Assembly: GCF_001194135.2 (NCBI RefSeq)
Contig: NC_068982.1
Location: 185,459,978-185,521,065, forward strand
Direction of reading: 5' to 3'
DNA: 61,088 nucleotides
Source: Octopus bimaculoides
Taxonomy: Eukaryota
Shown: piece after piece, positions 25,528 to 37,846 of the stretch
Position numbering within the stretch: position 1 is the stretch's first letter
Layout: each line of letters opens with the position of its first letter
The notes under the pieces: generated by a model
Databases searched by the model: none
The model's input: the letters and a program-made list of their open reading frames with translations, nothing else
Told to the model about the DNA's origin: nothing
Program-made: the position numbers and the translations under genes

Positions 25528-27707
25528 AATATTAACTGTGGCAGTGATGTAGTAGTTCAAGTGGTATGAGTTCAAACCTTTGTTTGATACCTGAGTGATC
25601 ATGTACCTTACTTTGTGTCAGTAAAGCAGAAAGCTACCCCTATTGATTGTTGAGTTATCAGAGGCAGGTCAAGCCATTTGACTTTAAAAAATGTGCCTTA
25701 AAATTATTCAAACTGTAGCAGCCATCAAAGCCATTCTAGAATTGAATAACAGTTTATGGTGTGGCCCATTTACTGCACACTCTATGATCCATCATGCATG
25801 CTGGAATGTACAATATAATTCGTTGGCAGGAAGTGACATTTTATATCTAGAACAGTGAATATATCATTGTGATTACTCATTTGAATAACCTTCACTGCCA
25901 TGGATTTGCCTGATCAGAGCTGAACACAAGCTACACAGTAAATCATAAGAAACTCTTAATTTCATTCTCATCACAGATCTCCTCCTGTGATTTTTATATA
26001 TCTTGTATAATCGAAGGAGAATGTAAGCAATGATAAAATTTCAGAGTTGTGTCTTTTGGAAAGAAAGATTGGGTGAGGCAGAATGGGTTTGAATATGCTA
26101 TGGCTCACAGAAGGGCAAGGATTCTTATAGCAGAGCCAGTGGGCTGTAGAATGTAACTGAGTGAAAGTTTTAATAAAGTAAAAGATTTAAGACTGAAATT
26201 TTAAATACCTAGATACAAAAGTGAAGAGATTTAGAAACTTAATTTCAAAAGAGAAAAAGACTAGTTTCTACATATCCAATTTTAAAAATTGTCAATATTT
26301 CCATCTACTGTTAAACAAGATTTGCCTCCCTCACATCGATACCCGATTATTTATTCTTGACATAACGTATTATTCAAATCGACAGATCAAATAAAATAGA
26401 GTACCGTAGAGATAAGATAAAACCGAGAAACTAAACTACAACAGAATATCTATTGAAATACACATTAAAGGTTTTTTTCAGTTTCTTTAGATCGTTTTTG
26501 TGGTATTTTATATATCTTAACCGTTGTTAAAATAGATTTTTAATAGGTTTTCTTTCGTGAATTTTATTCTTAAATGTCTTTTTGTTGTGTGCTCTGTACA
26601 AATGAAATTAATAGTGTTCGGCACTTAATAATTGAAGTTAAGATTATCTAAGCTGTGACTCTCCATACAGTTTGATACAACTGGTCTTTCGCTGAAAGAT
26701 ATGCAGCACACTGTCCTATTTCGTTTACCAACGTTTTACGCCAGCTGAAGTGCTACAAAGGGGAATAACTATTTTTGACTTTCTGTGAACGTAAATAAGC
26801 ATGTTAATATTTTGTTTATGAAGATTATCAAAATTAAAGAAACTTTACTTGATTGGAGTAGAGGAGTTTATTGTGCTTTGTGTACAAAGATTTTCGAGGG
26901 ATTAATAACGTTTGCTCCTGATAAAAATATCGTCGTTAGCAAATACTTTAAAAATACATATTCAATTAGATAAAATTTCGATATTCGGTCACATAGGCAC
27001 AAAAATTTCATTCATTCAGGATATTTTTAAAAAATCCTGACAGTTGTGTGTGATAGCGCCACCAAGAAAGTTAACACACTTTTATTGCAATGGTTGCTCA
27101 AACAAACCACAGGTTCATCCAATAGAATGCCTTTATAAGTATCATAGGGAAGAATATATGTAAGACGTTTTGGAGTTGTTTTCTTGGAGACCACAGTTTT
27201 CTTGGAATTTGTGCTATAGTTTTCTTATTTCTTTATGAATTTTCTTAAAACTCTTCTTGATTTTGTAAAAGTAAGTAGAGTTACAAATGAGATAATTTTG
27301 TACTGAGGGAGAATATATTTTGCTGTTCCATAAAGATATACAATTTGCATCTCTTTATAAATAACACTTACTTTATTACTAAACTCTACCCTAATCCATC
27401 TGATATACCAAGTCTCTTCTCCACTGACCAAATCCAAAATTAAACAGTTTGTTCAATCTTTTCTTCCATGCACTTGCAACACAGTGAAACCCACTTCTTG
27501 TCCAGATTCAATCTTCCAAGACTGCTACAGGTTTCAGATTGATAGAAGATATTAGATCAGATAATCTCAGATTTCAGTCAAGTATTTCAGGTTGTAAATC
27601 AATAATGTGGTCTTTTGTGAAAAATTGAAGTCTGATTGGAGAAATAGTTAATCCCATATAGATGAACACAATAAAAGTAATATTCTCTATATTTCCTTCT
27701 TTTTCAG

Positions 27708-27781
27708 CAGAAAATTCCAGGTGGTCTTCAGTATTATAATCTGTTCCTGTCAGAAAAGTTTAATGCTTATCGGAGGCAGAG
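27708..27781 (+). CDS. Gene A exon (74 nt, phase 0-2): QKIPGGLQYYNLFLSEKFNAYRRQ
   Basis: Long pyrimidine tract, NAGNAG acceptor (CAGCAG) and donor AG|GTAGGT; phase fits both neighbours. Confidence 0.75.
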
Positions 27782-28597
27782 GTAGGTGATATTTCAAGAT
27801 CTTGTTGTACTTGATAAAACTAACCTCTTGATTTAGATATGATTTTTGTAGTACCTGTTGACCAGTTGATAGAGAGATAGAGTATAGATGTTTACTATAT
27901 AGATAGGTAATGTGTAGATGTTGACTTTATAGATAGGCACAGTGAGTAGCTGTTGATTTTATGCATATGTAATGTGTGTAGACGTTAACTGTATAGAGAG
28001 ATAGTGTGTAGTTGTTGGTAGTATATTGATGTAGACTATATAGGCACAGTTTGTGAATCTTATTCACATATATAAACACTGTAAATGTTGAATTGAGGGA
28101 CACAGTGCATATGTTGACTGGATTAATGTTGATAAGATACATAGTATCTATATGTTGAAAGGATAGATCAATAAATAGATAATGTGTAGATGTTAGCTGA
28201 ATAAGATTTGAAACTGACATGTCAGCTTCAAACTATCCTTTGTGATGACGTTAAAGTGATTAATATTTAAATAGAATGGATTATTTTTCTTTCATTGTTA
28301 TGCATCACAGTTCTGTAGGATAGTTCAAGAAATTAAATAACTGAAACAGTAATTTGGATTGAATATCAGATTACAGACTTAGAGAAAGTTGGAGTAAAGA
28401 TTGTTTGTCAACATAACATGGCAGTCCTGGTTTAGGACGAATGTTGCTGTAATTTAGCCTCAAGAGACAATGGTTTTGTCAATTTAGCTGTTTAGCCCCA
28501 AGAGACAATGTTGTATAGCCAGCTGGCTATACGACACGATCTGTGTTCTTATATTTTCAAACGGGAATCTAGCACCCTCACTCAGCTCAAAACAATA

Positions 28598-28642
28598 TCC
28601 GTGTATCGCAATTTCTGAGTTATTTCTCTTCATCAGCACAGA
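28598..28642 (-). ncRNA. Minimal type I hammerhead ribozyme (copy 1)
   Basis: UCUGUG-CUGAUGA-A-GAG-AAAUAA-CUC-A-GAA-AUUGCGAU-A/CACGGA. Stem I has 6 bp, stem II has 3 bp, and stem III AUUGCGAU is self-complementary with G-U pairs; cleavage triplet AUA. Confidence 0.75.
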
Positions 28643-28947
28643 ATAATTGTTCGGCTATAGGTGGTGCTGTCAAATTCCCATTCAAAATATATACTTTTCA
28701 AAGTGACAACTAGTCACTGATCTATAAATTAGAAAATTACTATTTTAAAATCTCACGACGAAAGATATTCAGCAACAGTACTTTGGAATAAAGATTGTTT
28801 GCCAACATAACATGGCAGTCCTGGGTTAGGACAAATGTTGCTGTAATTTAGCCCCAGGAGACATCGTCTCCAGCTGGCTATATTTCACAATCTGTGTCAT
28901 ATTTTCAAACAAGGGAATCTAGCACCCCCACTCAGCTCAAAACAATA

Positions 28948-28992
28948 TCCATGTATCGCAATTTCTGGGTTATTTCCCTTCATCAGCACAGA
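28948..28992 (-). ncRNA. Minimal type I hammerhead ribozyme (copy 2)
   Basis: Same core, with stem II GGG/CCC (compensatory relative to GAG/CUC in copy 1) and stem I 3' arm CAUGGA (G-U wobble). Confidence 0.75.
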
Positions 28993-29430
28993 ATAATTGT
29001 TGGCTAGTTATGTTGGCAAACAATCTTTACTCCAAAGTACCGTTGCTGAATATCTCTCGTGAGATTTGAAAATAGTAATTTTCTTAGAGAAAGTTATCTC
29101 ATATTAAAAGTTACCAAAAACACTAATTAGTTTACAGTATTTTATGAACTGCCTTTCATAAAATCAAACAGTTTGTTCAATCTTTTCTTCCATGCACTTG
29201 CAACATAGTGAAACCCACTTCTTGACCAGATTAAGTCTTCCAAGACTGCTACAGGTTTCAGATTGATAGAAGATATTAAATCAGATAATCTCAGATGTAA
29301 AGCTAGATGGCTTGAATCGTTGAGAGATATGTATATTTGCAAAAGATACAACACTGGTTTTATGTCAGTAAATGATATTCTGTGTACATTAACAATGGTC
29401 AGCTGTAGCTTTCTGTAAACTGTTAGTTAA

Positions 29431-29651
29431 CCCTTTCATTACTGTATTTATTTTGAAATGCTCTGTGTTTCTTTTAATTATTTTTAATATAACAAAGAAT
29501 TTAGTAAAATAACTTAGTTATCATTAAGCTAGTGTTAGAAACCTAAATTGTGACTAAGGTTTGGTGGAAGATTTTTATTCAAAACTTATGAAAACAAGAC
29601 ACTTGAACTACAGAGTCAGAGCCGGTTTCAGCCGGGTTGGTAACGAAAGGG
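29431..29651. mobile_element. piggyBac-type MITE (221 bp)
   Basis: TTAA|CCCTTTCATTAC ... GTAACGAAAGGG|TTAA. Confidence 0.85.
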
Positions 29652-30036
29652 TTAATATTAGTTGAAAGGTTGGAGATTGGGATCATCAGTAAGCAGGAAT
29701 CAAATATCCAGAAATATGTAAAGTTCTAAACAGTAGGGAGACACAAGTGGGGAAAAGGTCATTAGTTCCAGTTAACGAGTGATAGAGTTGAGGTCATTAA
29801 TTTCAGTAGGTAGCAATTGATAGATGGAGCTTTGGTCATAAATTTCGTAGGACGTGACAAAACCATTGTAGAGTGGTTATCACCAGAAAGCTGAATCACA
29901 TCCAACATTTAATGTGTAAGAAGCAAACAAACCCAAACCCAAACCCATTTCTGTGATAACATGAAGTAATGGATGTAGTCCATTGTATCTAATTATTAGA
30001 GTAAAATAACTCTTGTAATTTTGATTTTATTACCAG

Positions 30037-30132
30037 TGATTATCTTGCTCAGAAATCTCAGATGAAATCATACAAGAAATATTCCAGACCAGAATGGTAC
30101 CCTGAAGACAAGAAACTAATGTACAGCCCAAA
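30037..30132 (+). CDS. Gene A exon (96 nt, phase 2-2): (S)DYLAQKSQMKSYKKYSRPEWYPEDKKLMYSP
   Basis: Acceptor TTTTATTACCAG and donor CCAAA|GTCAGT; phase fits both neighbours. Confidence 0.75.
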
Positions 30133-30269
30133 GTCAGTATACTATTTTTTCACTCCTAATATCACACATATACATTGATACCAAGGAGAGTGTTCAGATT
30201 TAGCCATCTATGGATGTATATTTAAGTGAATACTTTGCTCCTCTTTCTGTGTGTGCGTGCATACATGTA

Positions 30270-30311
<42 letters not shown>

Positions 30312-31215
30312 GGAACAAAAACGCAATAGAGGACATTAAAACATTCGGACAGATAGACGATACAAAGGCAGACAACAGAAAGAACAATTAGGACAGGTAA
30401 AAAAAAGACGGGACATTCATGGCTTTCTTTCCTCAGTCAAGTTCCAGAAGTCACGACCATTTCGGGCAATTACACTTGAGATGGTTTGATCTGGTTGCCC
30501 CCAAAAAAGTCTAAGCTAAGAGCATTAGACCCCTTTGTAAGAAAGCTAGCGAATGTGTATGGCAACAAAGACAAAAAAAAACTAACAAACAAAGAAAACG
30601 GAGAACATGGTATACAATTGCGAATACAAACAACAAGAAATAACAACAGGCGTCTTTCGACTGAGAACGAATCAAATTGACCTGGCATGTATGAAGTGAA
30701 AGCCTAAAGGCAGGAACATAGGAAATGGACATAAGAGGTGTTGGCGGTCGGTAGTCAGGCCAAGAAAGAAAGATCATGGCTGGCCGGACAACGGTCACGT
30801 GGAAGGAGGAGAGATGGGTAGGGGGCAGCAGGATTGAAGGATTAGAAAAATATCAGAAACAAAGAGAAAGGTACAGAGGAGATAAATGAGTGGGAGATAG
30901 TGGGAGTTAAAGAAAAAGGGCCAAGAAATGTGAGAGAGGGGGAGAGAGAAAAATGAAAGGGGGAATAAAAGATAGCAAAAGAGTTGTACAAAATTTAGAT
31001 ACATACCTACTATAAGGTGAGTACAAGGTTGTATGTACGCCGCTATATATATATTTATTTATTTATTTATTTATTTATATATCAAAACGGAGCAAAAACG
31101 CAATGGAGGACATTAAAACATTTGGACAGATAGAAGATACAAAGTTGGACAAGAGAAACAACAATTAGGACAGGCAAAAAAAGACGCAACATTCATGGCT
31201 TTCTTTCCTCAGTCA
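30312..31215. repeat. Element bounded by about 128-bp imperfect direct repeats (30312-30439 and 31089-31215)
   Basis: Both repeats follow a TA-rich microsatellite and end in ACATTCATGGCTTTCTTTCCTCAGTCA; family not identified. Confidence 0.7.
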
Positions 31216-31494
31216 CAAACTTTCTGGCATTAAGGGTATTACGAAAGGCCTGTTAGAGGCATTATAGGTATAGGGGTGGCTGTGGTTGACCAATTGGATT
31301 TGAATTCAGAATATAAAGAACCACAAAAAATGCTGATTAACAAGAAACTCAAAAGAGGGTAGCAATGTTGGACTCCCTCCTTCACCAAAAGTCAATCACA
31401 TAAGAATAGCCATTGAAAAGGGGATTACACTGGCAGTGCTCCAGCATGGTCAATGTCTTTGGGCTGAAATATTCAAAAGAATAAAAGAATGCAT

Positions 31495-32020
31495 GTATGT
31501 GGAAATATGCTGTGCGTCAGAAGACTCGGCAAGCCAAGTGAGACCTAAATCGAAGGCCTCAGGCAGCCCACTTATACATACCTTCCTTCATTGGACACTA
31601 AACTCCGCTTGAGAAGACCTGCTGAGGTAAGTGAAATCGCAATCGAATTAAATTCGACGACTGGCACCCATGCCAACGTCGTCTCCTTCATTGGAAACAA
31701 AATTCTGCTTGCGAAGACTTATTGGGGCAAGCGAAAGCGAAACTGTCAATGGCCCCTGTAAAGATATTCGAGCGAGATCGTTGCCAGTGCCACCAAACTG
31801 GCTCCTGTGCAGGTGGCACGTAAAATACACCATTTTGAGCGTGGCCGTTGCCAGTACCGCCTGACTGGCCTTCGTGCCGGTGGCACGTAAAAGCACCAAG
31901 CTGTAGAAACTCTGCCAGATCAGATTGGAGCCTGGTGTAGCCATCTGGTTTCACCAGTCCTCAGTCAAATAGTCCAACCCATGCTAGCATGGAAAGCAGA
32001 CGTTAAACGACGATGATGAT
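31495..32020 (+). mobile_element. RTE-LINE 3' end (long 3' UTR) with (GAT)n tail
   Basis: The 3' half matches 41783-42008; the 5' part (GGAAATATGCTGTGC...GGCAAGCCAAGTGAGACC) matches the reverse complement of 56690-56770. Confidence 0.8.
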
Positions 32021-32564
32021 ATATATATATATATATGGTGCTTCAGAAAAAACTCCAAATGTTTTATACACTCATTGGTGTGGTGCCAATGAAGTTAGGC
32101 TGGTGTCTTCATTTAGCTAATGTTTTAGTTTTCTACCCAATTACTACCATAGTTTGAACCAATGCGTACTGTGTTAGCTGTTGAATGTTTACCAAGAATA
32201 GTGAATCTAAAGCTTTTTATTCAATCTCTCATAAACATGGCAGTTATACAGTAAGACCTACATTCAAATCAGTTTCTTCTTCATGTGTACATATATATAT
32301 ATATATAGGAGCAAGGGAGATCAGTACACACTTATACACATGGATATTCATTCAAAGTTCATTTTTTTTTCCATGTTAGCATCAGTTGGAAGGGGACTTA
32401 TTCTGAGGTAGGATTATATGGTTGGATATCCTTCCTGTCACCAACCTTTTTTTTTATCCAACATGTCTTCAAAAGAGCAAGCAACCACTGTTAATGCCTA
32501 AATTTATGGACTTACATGCAGATACACACACACATGCACCCATGAAATTATAGTCATGGCTGTT

Positions 32565-32770
32565 GCTAGTGTCATGTAAATGGCACTGGTACCAGAGGCA
32601 CATAAAAAGCACCCATTACACTCTTGGAGTGGTTGGTGTTAAGAAGAGCATCCAGCCGTAAAAACCAAGCCAAATCAGACTGGAACCTGGTGCAGCTCTC
32701 CATCTTACCAGTTTCATTTAAACCAACTAACCTATGCCAGCATGAAAAGCAGATGTTAAATGACAATGAT
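32565..32770 (+). mobile_element. Diverged RTE/SINE tail copy
   Basis: GGCACATAAAAAGCACCC...CAGCATGAAAAGCAGATGTTAAATGACAATGAT. Confidence 0.65.
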
Positions 32771-33064
32771 AAATGGGCTTTCATACAATTTCACAGACAT
32801 GCATGTGAGAAAAAGTATGAAAGAATGTACTGCCATGATAAATTTGACAATGAGCATTCAATTTTTTGATCCACTGAAAATGTTAAATTCACTTGTTAGC
32901 TGATAGAAATATTGATAATTTCTCAAAAGGTAAGTGTTCTTGGCAAATACTTTTGTACCAATATATTTCTTGAGGTATAACATACTGTATAATGTTTTTC
33001 TCTATATACAACAAACAGTATCATGCATTGATTCTCCTTTCACTAACACTTTTGTTTATTGTAG

Positions 33065-33128
33065 TTACTATCAGCAACTTGAGAAGACACCAGAAGATCA
33101 TCGCAGGCCGCATAGTACCATCTACTGA
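33065..33128 (+). CDS. Gene A terminal coding exon (phase 2): (N)YYQQLEKTPEDHRRPHSTIY*
   Basis: Branch-point-like CACTAAC (33041-33047), acceptor TTTATTGTAG, in-frame TGA at 33126-33128. Confidence 0.75.
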
Positions 33129-33146
33129 AATATGTAACACATTATA

Positions 33147-33152
33147 AATAAA
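33147..33152 (+). promoter_or_regulatory. Candidate polyadenylation signal of gene A
   Basis: AATAAA 18 nt after the stop, followed by T-rich downstream sequence (TTCTTTTATTTTT). Confidence 0.5.
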
Positions 33153-33391
33153 AAGCAGAAACACCTATGCTCAAATCAGTTCTTTTATTTTTCCAGCAAT
33201 CCCTAAAATGTTAGGACCATTGATAAAATCTTTCACTTTGGTATTACATGCCACCCCCTCTTGAGAAAAAATACAATTTAAATGAGGAGGTGAAACAGTA
33301 AATGAACGGACATATAAAATGGTAATGTTGGTAACCAGTTCACTGATATAGAGTGCATGAGTGATTGGATATTATGTTCTGTTGTCTCTTA

Positions 33392-33499
<108 letters not shown>

Positions 33500-35099
33500 T
33501 CAGTAATTACAGGATGCCAGCATGTAATAGACTATTCCAACTATAAACACAGTGTTATTAAACACACACACACATTAGCCCTTATGATAGATTTTTCCAT
33601 TGGATTTTACAATGAGCGTTCAGTTGTTCTATCAACTCAACTACTGATTTATTAAATTAACAAGAGGCAGAGTATTCTACATATGTGTATGCCATAATGT
33701 CCTTTTTAGTGTGGCAAAGGCCAGGCTGTTGGATTGCAAAACCAATCAACCTGATGAGCTTTCACACAGTTTCCATCTACAAGACTTGGGTTGACTCCAC
33801 GTTATGGCTAAAGGAACTTGTCTGAAATACTACATCATAGATCAAATCTAGGACCTTGTGATTGTGAAATGAACTTCTACCATAGCCCTGGTTGACCAAA
33901 ACCTTGTGAGTAGATTTGGTAGGCAAAAAGCAAAAGAAGCCATTCACACACACATGTGTGAATGATTGTTGCAATGTCAATGATTTTCCATATTCTGCAG
34001 AAACATATCTAGCCATGGAGAAATATTACCTTGCTTCAAAACAAGCAAGGGCATCAGGCCATAGACAATCTGCCTCGATAACCTCTATCCAACCCACGCA
34101 AGTATGGAAAAGTGAATATTAAAATGATGATGATGTTGTCAACATTGATTTTGTGTCCAATTTTTACCATGTTGTTATGAAATGGACAAGACACATTGTA
34201 GGGTAGATGACCTTCCTGTCACAAACCCTTGCTTGTGTTTGAAGTAATTTTTATTCTACTTTGGTCTTCACATCATTTTGATATTAGTTATATAATATAT
34301 AAAAACAGGATATTAGCAAAGAAGATGCTGGTTTATTATTGGTTGGAGTAAACTTGTTTCTGTCAACAAAATGATGTGGTTTCCAGTTTCAGATCACCTT
34401 TTCCAAATCAGTCAGAAAAAAGACCTGTGAAAGGTTATCATGTAGGCCTAGGTAATGTTTGTCATTTAGAACTAATCTAATGATAAAACTCCTTGACCAC
34501 TAAAACATCTTTTGGTGAAACAAAATTACTTACACTTTAATTCCTGGAGAATCTTCAGTGTAAAACCGCCACATCCCAGCACCACCACCTCCAGCTGTAG
34601 TTGCAGATCGTTTTGCTGTAGTTGTCGTCGTTTTTCTGCAATAATAATAATAATAATAGCAATAATTTATATTATTACCAGGGACATAAAACCCCAAAAT
34701 GGTACAACAGGATTTTACATTGAGTATGAATAGACATAAAGCAAAAATAATTAAGTAGAAAATATGTTGTTAGGTCCCATAAAAAAGAGACAGCCAACAA
34801 ACTTATGTCATTCAGAGAACCTCTCCAATCCCAGGATATCCCAAGCAATCAAGAACAAGTGTCCTCTCAACTTACAATCTACATCTATTGTTTCTACGGT
34901 TATTTAAATATATACTGAATCATGGCCACTATACCTCTCACAGTTTATTTTAAAAATTAAACACAACAGGTAGAATATTCTTGTTAGAAATGTGATCACA
35001 AAATAAGGCAAAATATATCCTTTATGATCAATCATAGAATATTGTAAGAAGATCATTTTTGTTGAATTTATAAACCATGTCTCACTTGTAGCTTCCATT

Positions 35100-35900
35100 T
35101 TTGGCATGATTTCTATGGCTGGATGTCATTCCTATTACCAGCCTTCAGTGAATTGAATGAAAGGTCATTGCTCTAGCAGCTAGGAGGCATCATCATTTTT
35201 GTGTCCCAGTGTGTCCATGCTTGCATGGTCAAACATGTTTTCTCCAACACAGGAATCTAACGACTTGTGGTCTTTTACCATCTTCATGAGGTTTAGCTTC
35301 TGGCAATTAGTCTTACCACTTCCCATACCTTCTTCCACCTGAATTGTTCAGCATTTCTTTACTCAAACGTCATCTTCTGTAAACTTTACATGTACATATC
35401 AGTGCAATCTTCTCTTTTGCATCTTGCATCTAATTCCTCTTACACCTAATTTTTCTGAACTACTTTGTTTTCCATTGTTCAACACGTTAACATTTCTTAC
35501 CTAAGAGAGCATGTTCACCTCTTTCCTGTTCAGCCTGCGCACCACCTCCGCAATGTTCATGTTTGACTATCATACAACACATTCAATAATCTGCCCTTCA
35601 CTCAGAGAAATAATCTCTTTGTTGCCAACAAAGATGATAGCTCTTCGTTACTCTGATTATGATGCCTCTGGGGCATCTACCCCCACCACTAAGCCACCTA
35701 GATATTTGTGGCTATCCATAATGGTTCAATTCCTTTCAATGCCTTCATATCCTTAAGTATGCTTTCAACCATGGAGCTGTCAGCATCAATAAATGATTTC
35801 TCTTTTGGACCTACTGGGGTAGTCGTCTTCCTCCCACATATTCTCTTAGAATAAGACAAATCAGATGGATGGAGGTACAAAACAACTTCCTTGAATATAG
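35100..35900 (-). mobile_element. Strongly decayed RTE-like LINE fragment
   Basis: Begins with TTGGCATGATTTCTATGGCTGGATG (reverse of the RTE tail), followed by sequence resembling the RTE ORF C-terminal region; no intact frame. Confidence 0.45.
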
Positions 35901-37038
35901 AATTTGTGACATACACTGCAATATATTGTGGTGATATAGGAGAAAAGTAAGGTTAGGACAGAGAAAACAAGAGTTCAAAATTGACGCATACCTTTGCCGA
36001 ACACTACTACCACTGGTTCGGGGTGCAACAGACTTGGAACTTGGCCCACGACCAGCACCAACATTTGTAGAACTTGTAGAAACAGCCTAAAGTAAACAAA
36101 GAAATATTTCATCCACTTAACATTATTGGTTCCAAAATATATGAATATCATACCTTACACTACAGCTTTTTAAATCATAGTAAATTTAGTTCTGCCCTTA
36201 ACAGATAGATAAAAAAATAGCAAGGTAGTTAATATGTGATTTAAGAACAAAAAAATTATATAGGGGAACAATATAACGTTTATATGATTGAAACAAGCTA
36301 ATTTATCTGGAGTCAGTGCCTGTCACATACTTTACCAGCTGGTCTATTTGATGCACCCAATAACATAAACTGCATTAACATAACTTCTGGAAACGTGTGT
36401 AAGATAGAAAGCAAGGCTTGCATACATGACATCTACTGCAGATGTTGCTATGTGATAGTTATTAACTAGCACTAGATCAATCCCAACTGAGAAGACCTAT
36501 CATTAAATGCATGGCTTCTTTTACAAGATGGTATTGTGTATGTAACGAATTGCAGTGGTTTACAATTAAGGATTGCACAAGTAGAAAAGAAAAAAATTTT
36601 TTAAATCAATTGTTTTTAATTCTCTGCAATTATTTTGCACAGTGTTAAATGGTAAGATGGAGGTGAGTGGGAATGAAGTGAATCCCAGAACATTGTCAAT
36701 GTAAAAGAGTTCTATAAGATTTCACCAATCCAAATATTAGTGGAGTTCTTTAACTATTTTGATACCAACCTGCCTGGAGTTGCACTTGGTTTGATAATAT
36801 AAATTTTTCAGTTTTAAACTAATCTAAACTAAAACTAACAAAATTTCGTCTTAATTTGTTCCAAACACAAACAAATAATGACAAAGTTATTTTGATAAAT
36901 TCTTCCATATTTCAAAATTAACTAAAACAAAGCAGTATATTTCAATAGAAACACAGTTACAAAATGCTAATGGTACAAGTTTATTATTAAAGACATTCTA
37001 GTTGTGGTGATCTCATGGATGTAGCTTTCATTATTTAA

Positions 37039-37257
37039 CCCTTTAGCATTTAAACCAGCCATATCTGGCCCAATATACTACTTGTTTTATGTTCAAACTG
37101 GCTATAAATGGTCTCTCACACCTACCCTATAGTGTTATTTGAAAAATATACAATCCCATCATCAAAATCTCAAAGCTACAAGATAATGCTGGATTAATTC
37201 AGAACGATGTTAATAAATAAACATTACATTTGACAAAATAATCTGAATACCAAAGGG
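37039..37257. mobile_element. piggyBac-type MITE (219 bp)
   Basis: TTAA|CCCTTTAGCATT ... AATACCAAAGGG|TTAA. Confidence 0.8.
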
Positions 37258-37846
37258 TTAATGGAATGATAGAACATGATTTGATGGAAATTTGATGCTA
37301 TTTCTAGCAGATTAAGTAACCACATCCTTTGTTGACTTGTATATCAAAGACATTCCAACCATGACCAGCTTGTCTTTATTCTTTATGTCTAAATCTAAAT
37401 TATCTTATTTGTCCTCCCTCTTTTTAAGATAGTAAGATGTGATTGGAGGGAATTCAACAGTTATTTCTGGCAAGCTGAATGACTATATAGTGGCTTGGTG
37501 CTTAGGTTGACCAAATATTTGAAGGAATTGCAGGTCTGTAGCCCTAGACCTCTTAGCATAGGTTTCTGATAACAAAGTGTTCCTATGTATATATTTGAGA
37601 GCATCTTCAGTTTTTCAAAGGGATCTCTAACCCAGATTTTTAATCAAGGCAAAGACTTGGCCTAATTTCTCTGGTGACAGTTGGAGACTATGAATTGGGC
37701 TTAGTTTTTCTTTTTTTTTCTTCTCTTTTTTGTTTAATAGATCTCAAACTCAACATTTTCCTGACTGCAGGTTTGTGGTGTGTGCACACATGTATATTTA
37801 TTTTTACATCTATTTTCCCCAACGAATATGGGCTAAACTATATATA

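Larger units (their letters stand above)
28391..29082 (-). mobile_element. Non-autonomous hammerhead-containing retroelement (retrozyme / Penelope pLTR-like): tandem units plus an inverted end
   Basis: 13-bp TSD CTTAGAGAAAGTT (28378-28390 and 29083-29095); two hammerhead copies 350 bp apart; about 29006-29085 is an inverted copy of about 28729-28815. Confidence 0.8.

Noticed and set aside
31560-31740. Possible HDV-like ribozyme in the RTE-associated repeat
   Set aside because: I could not assemble the nested double pseudoknot by eye; it needs a descriptor search.
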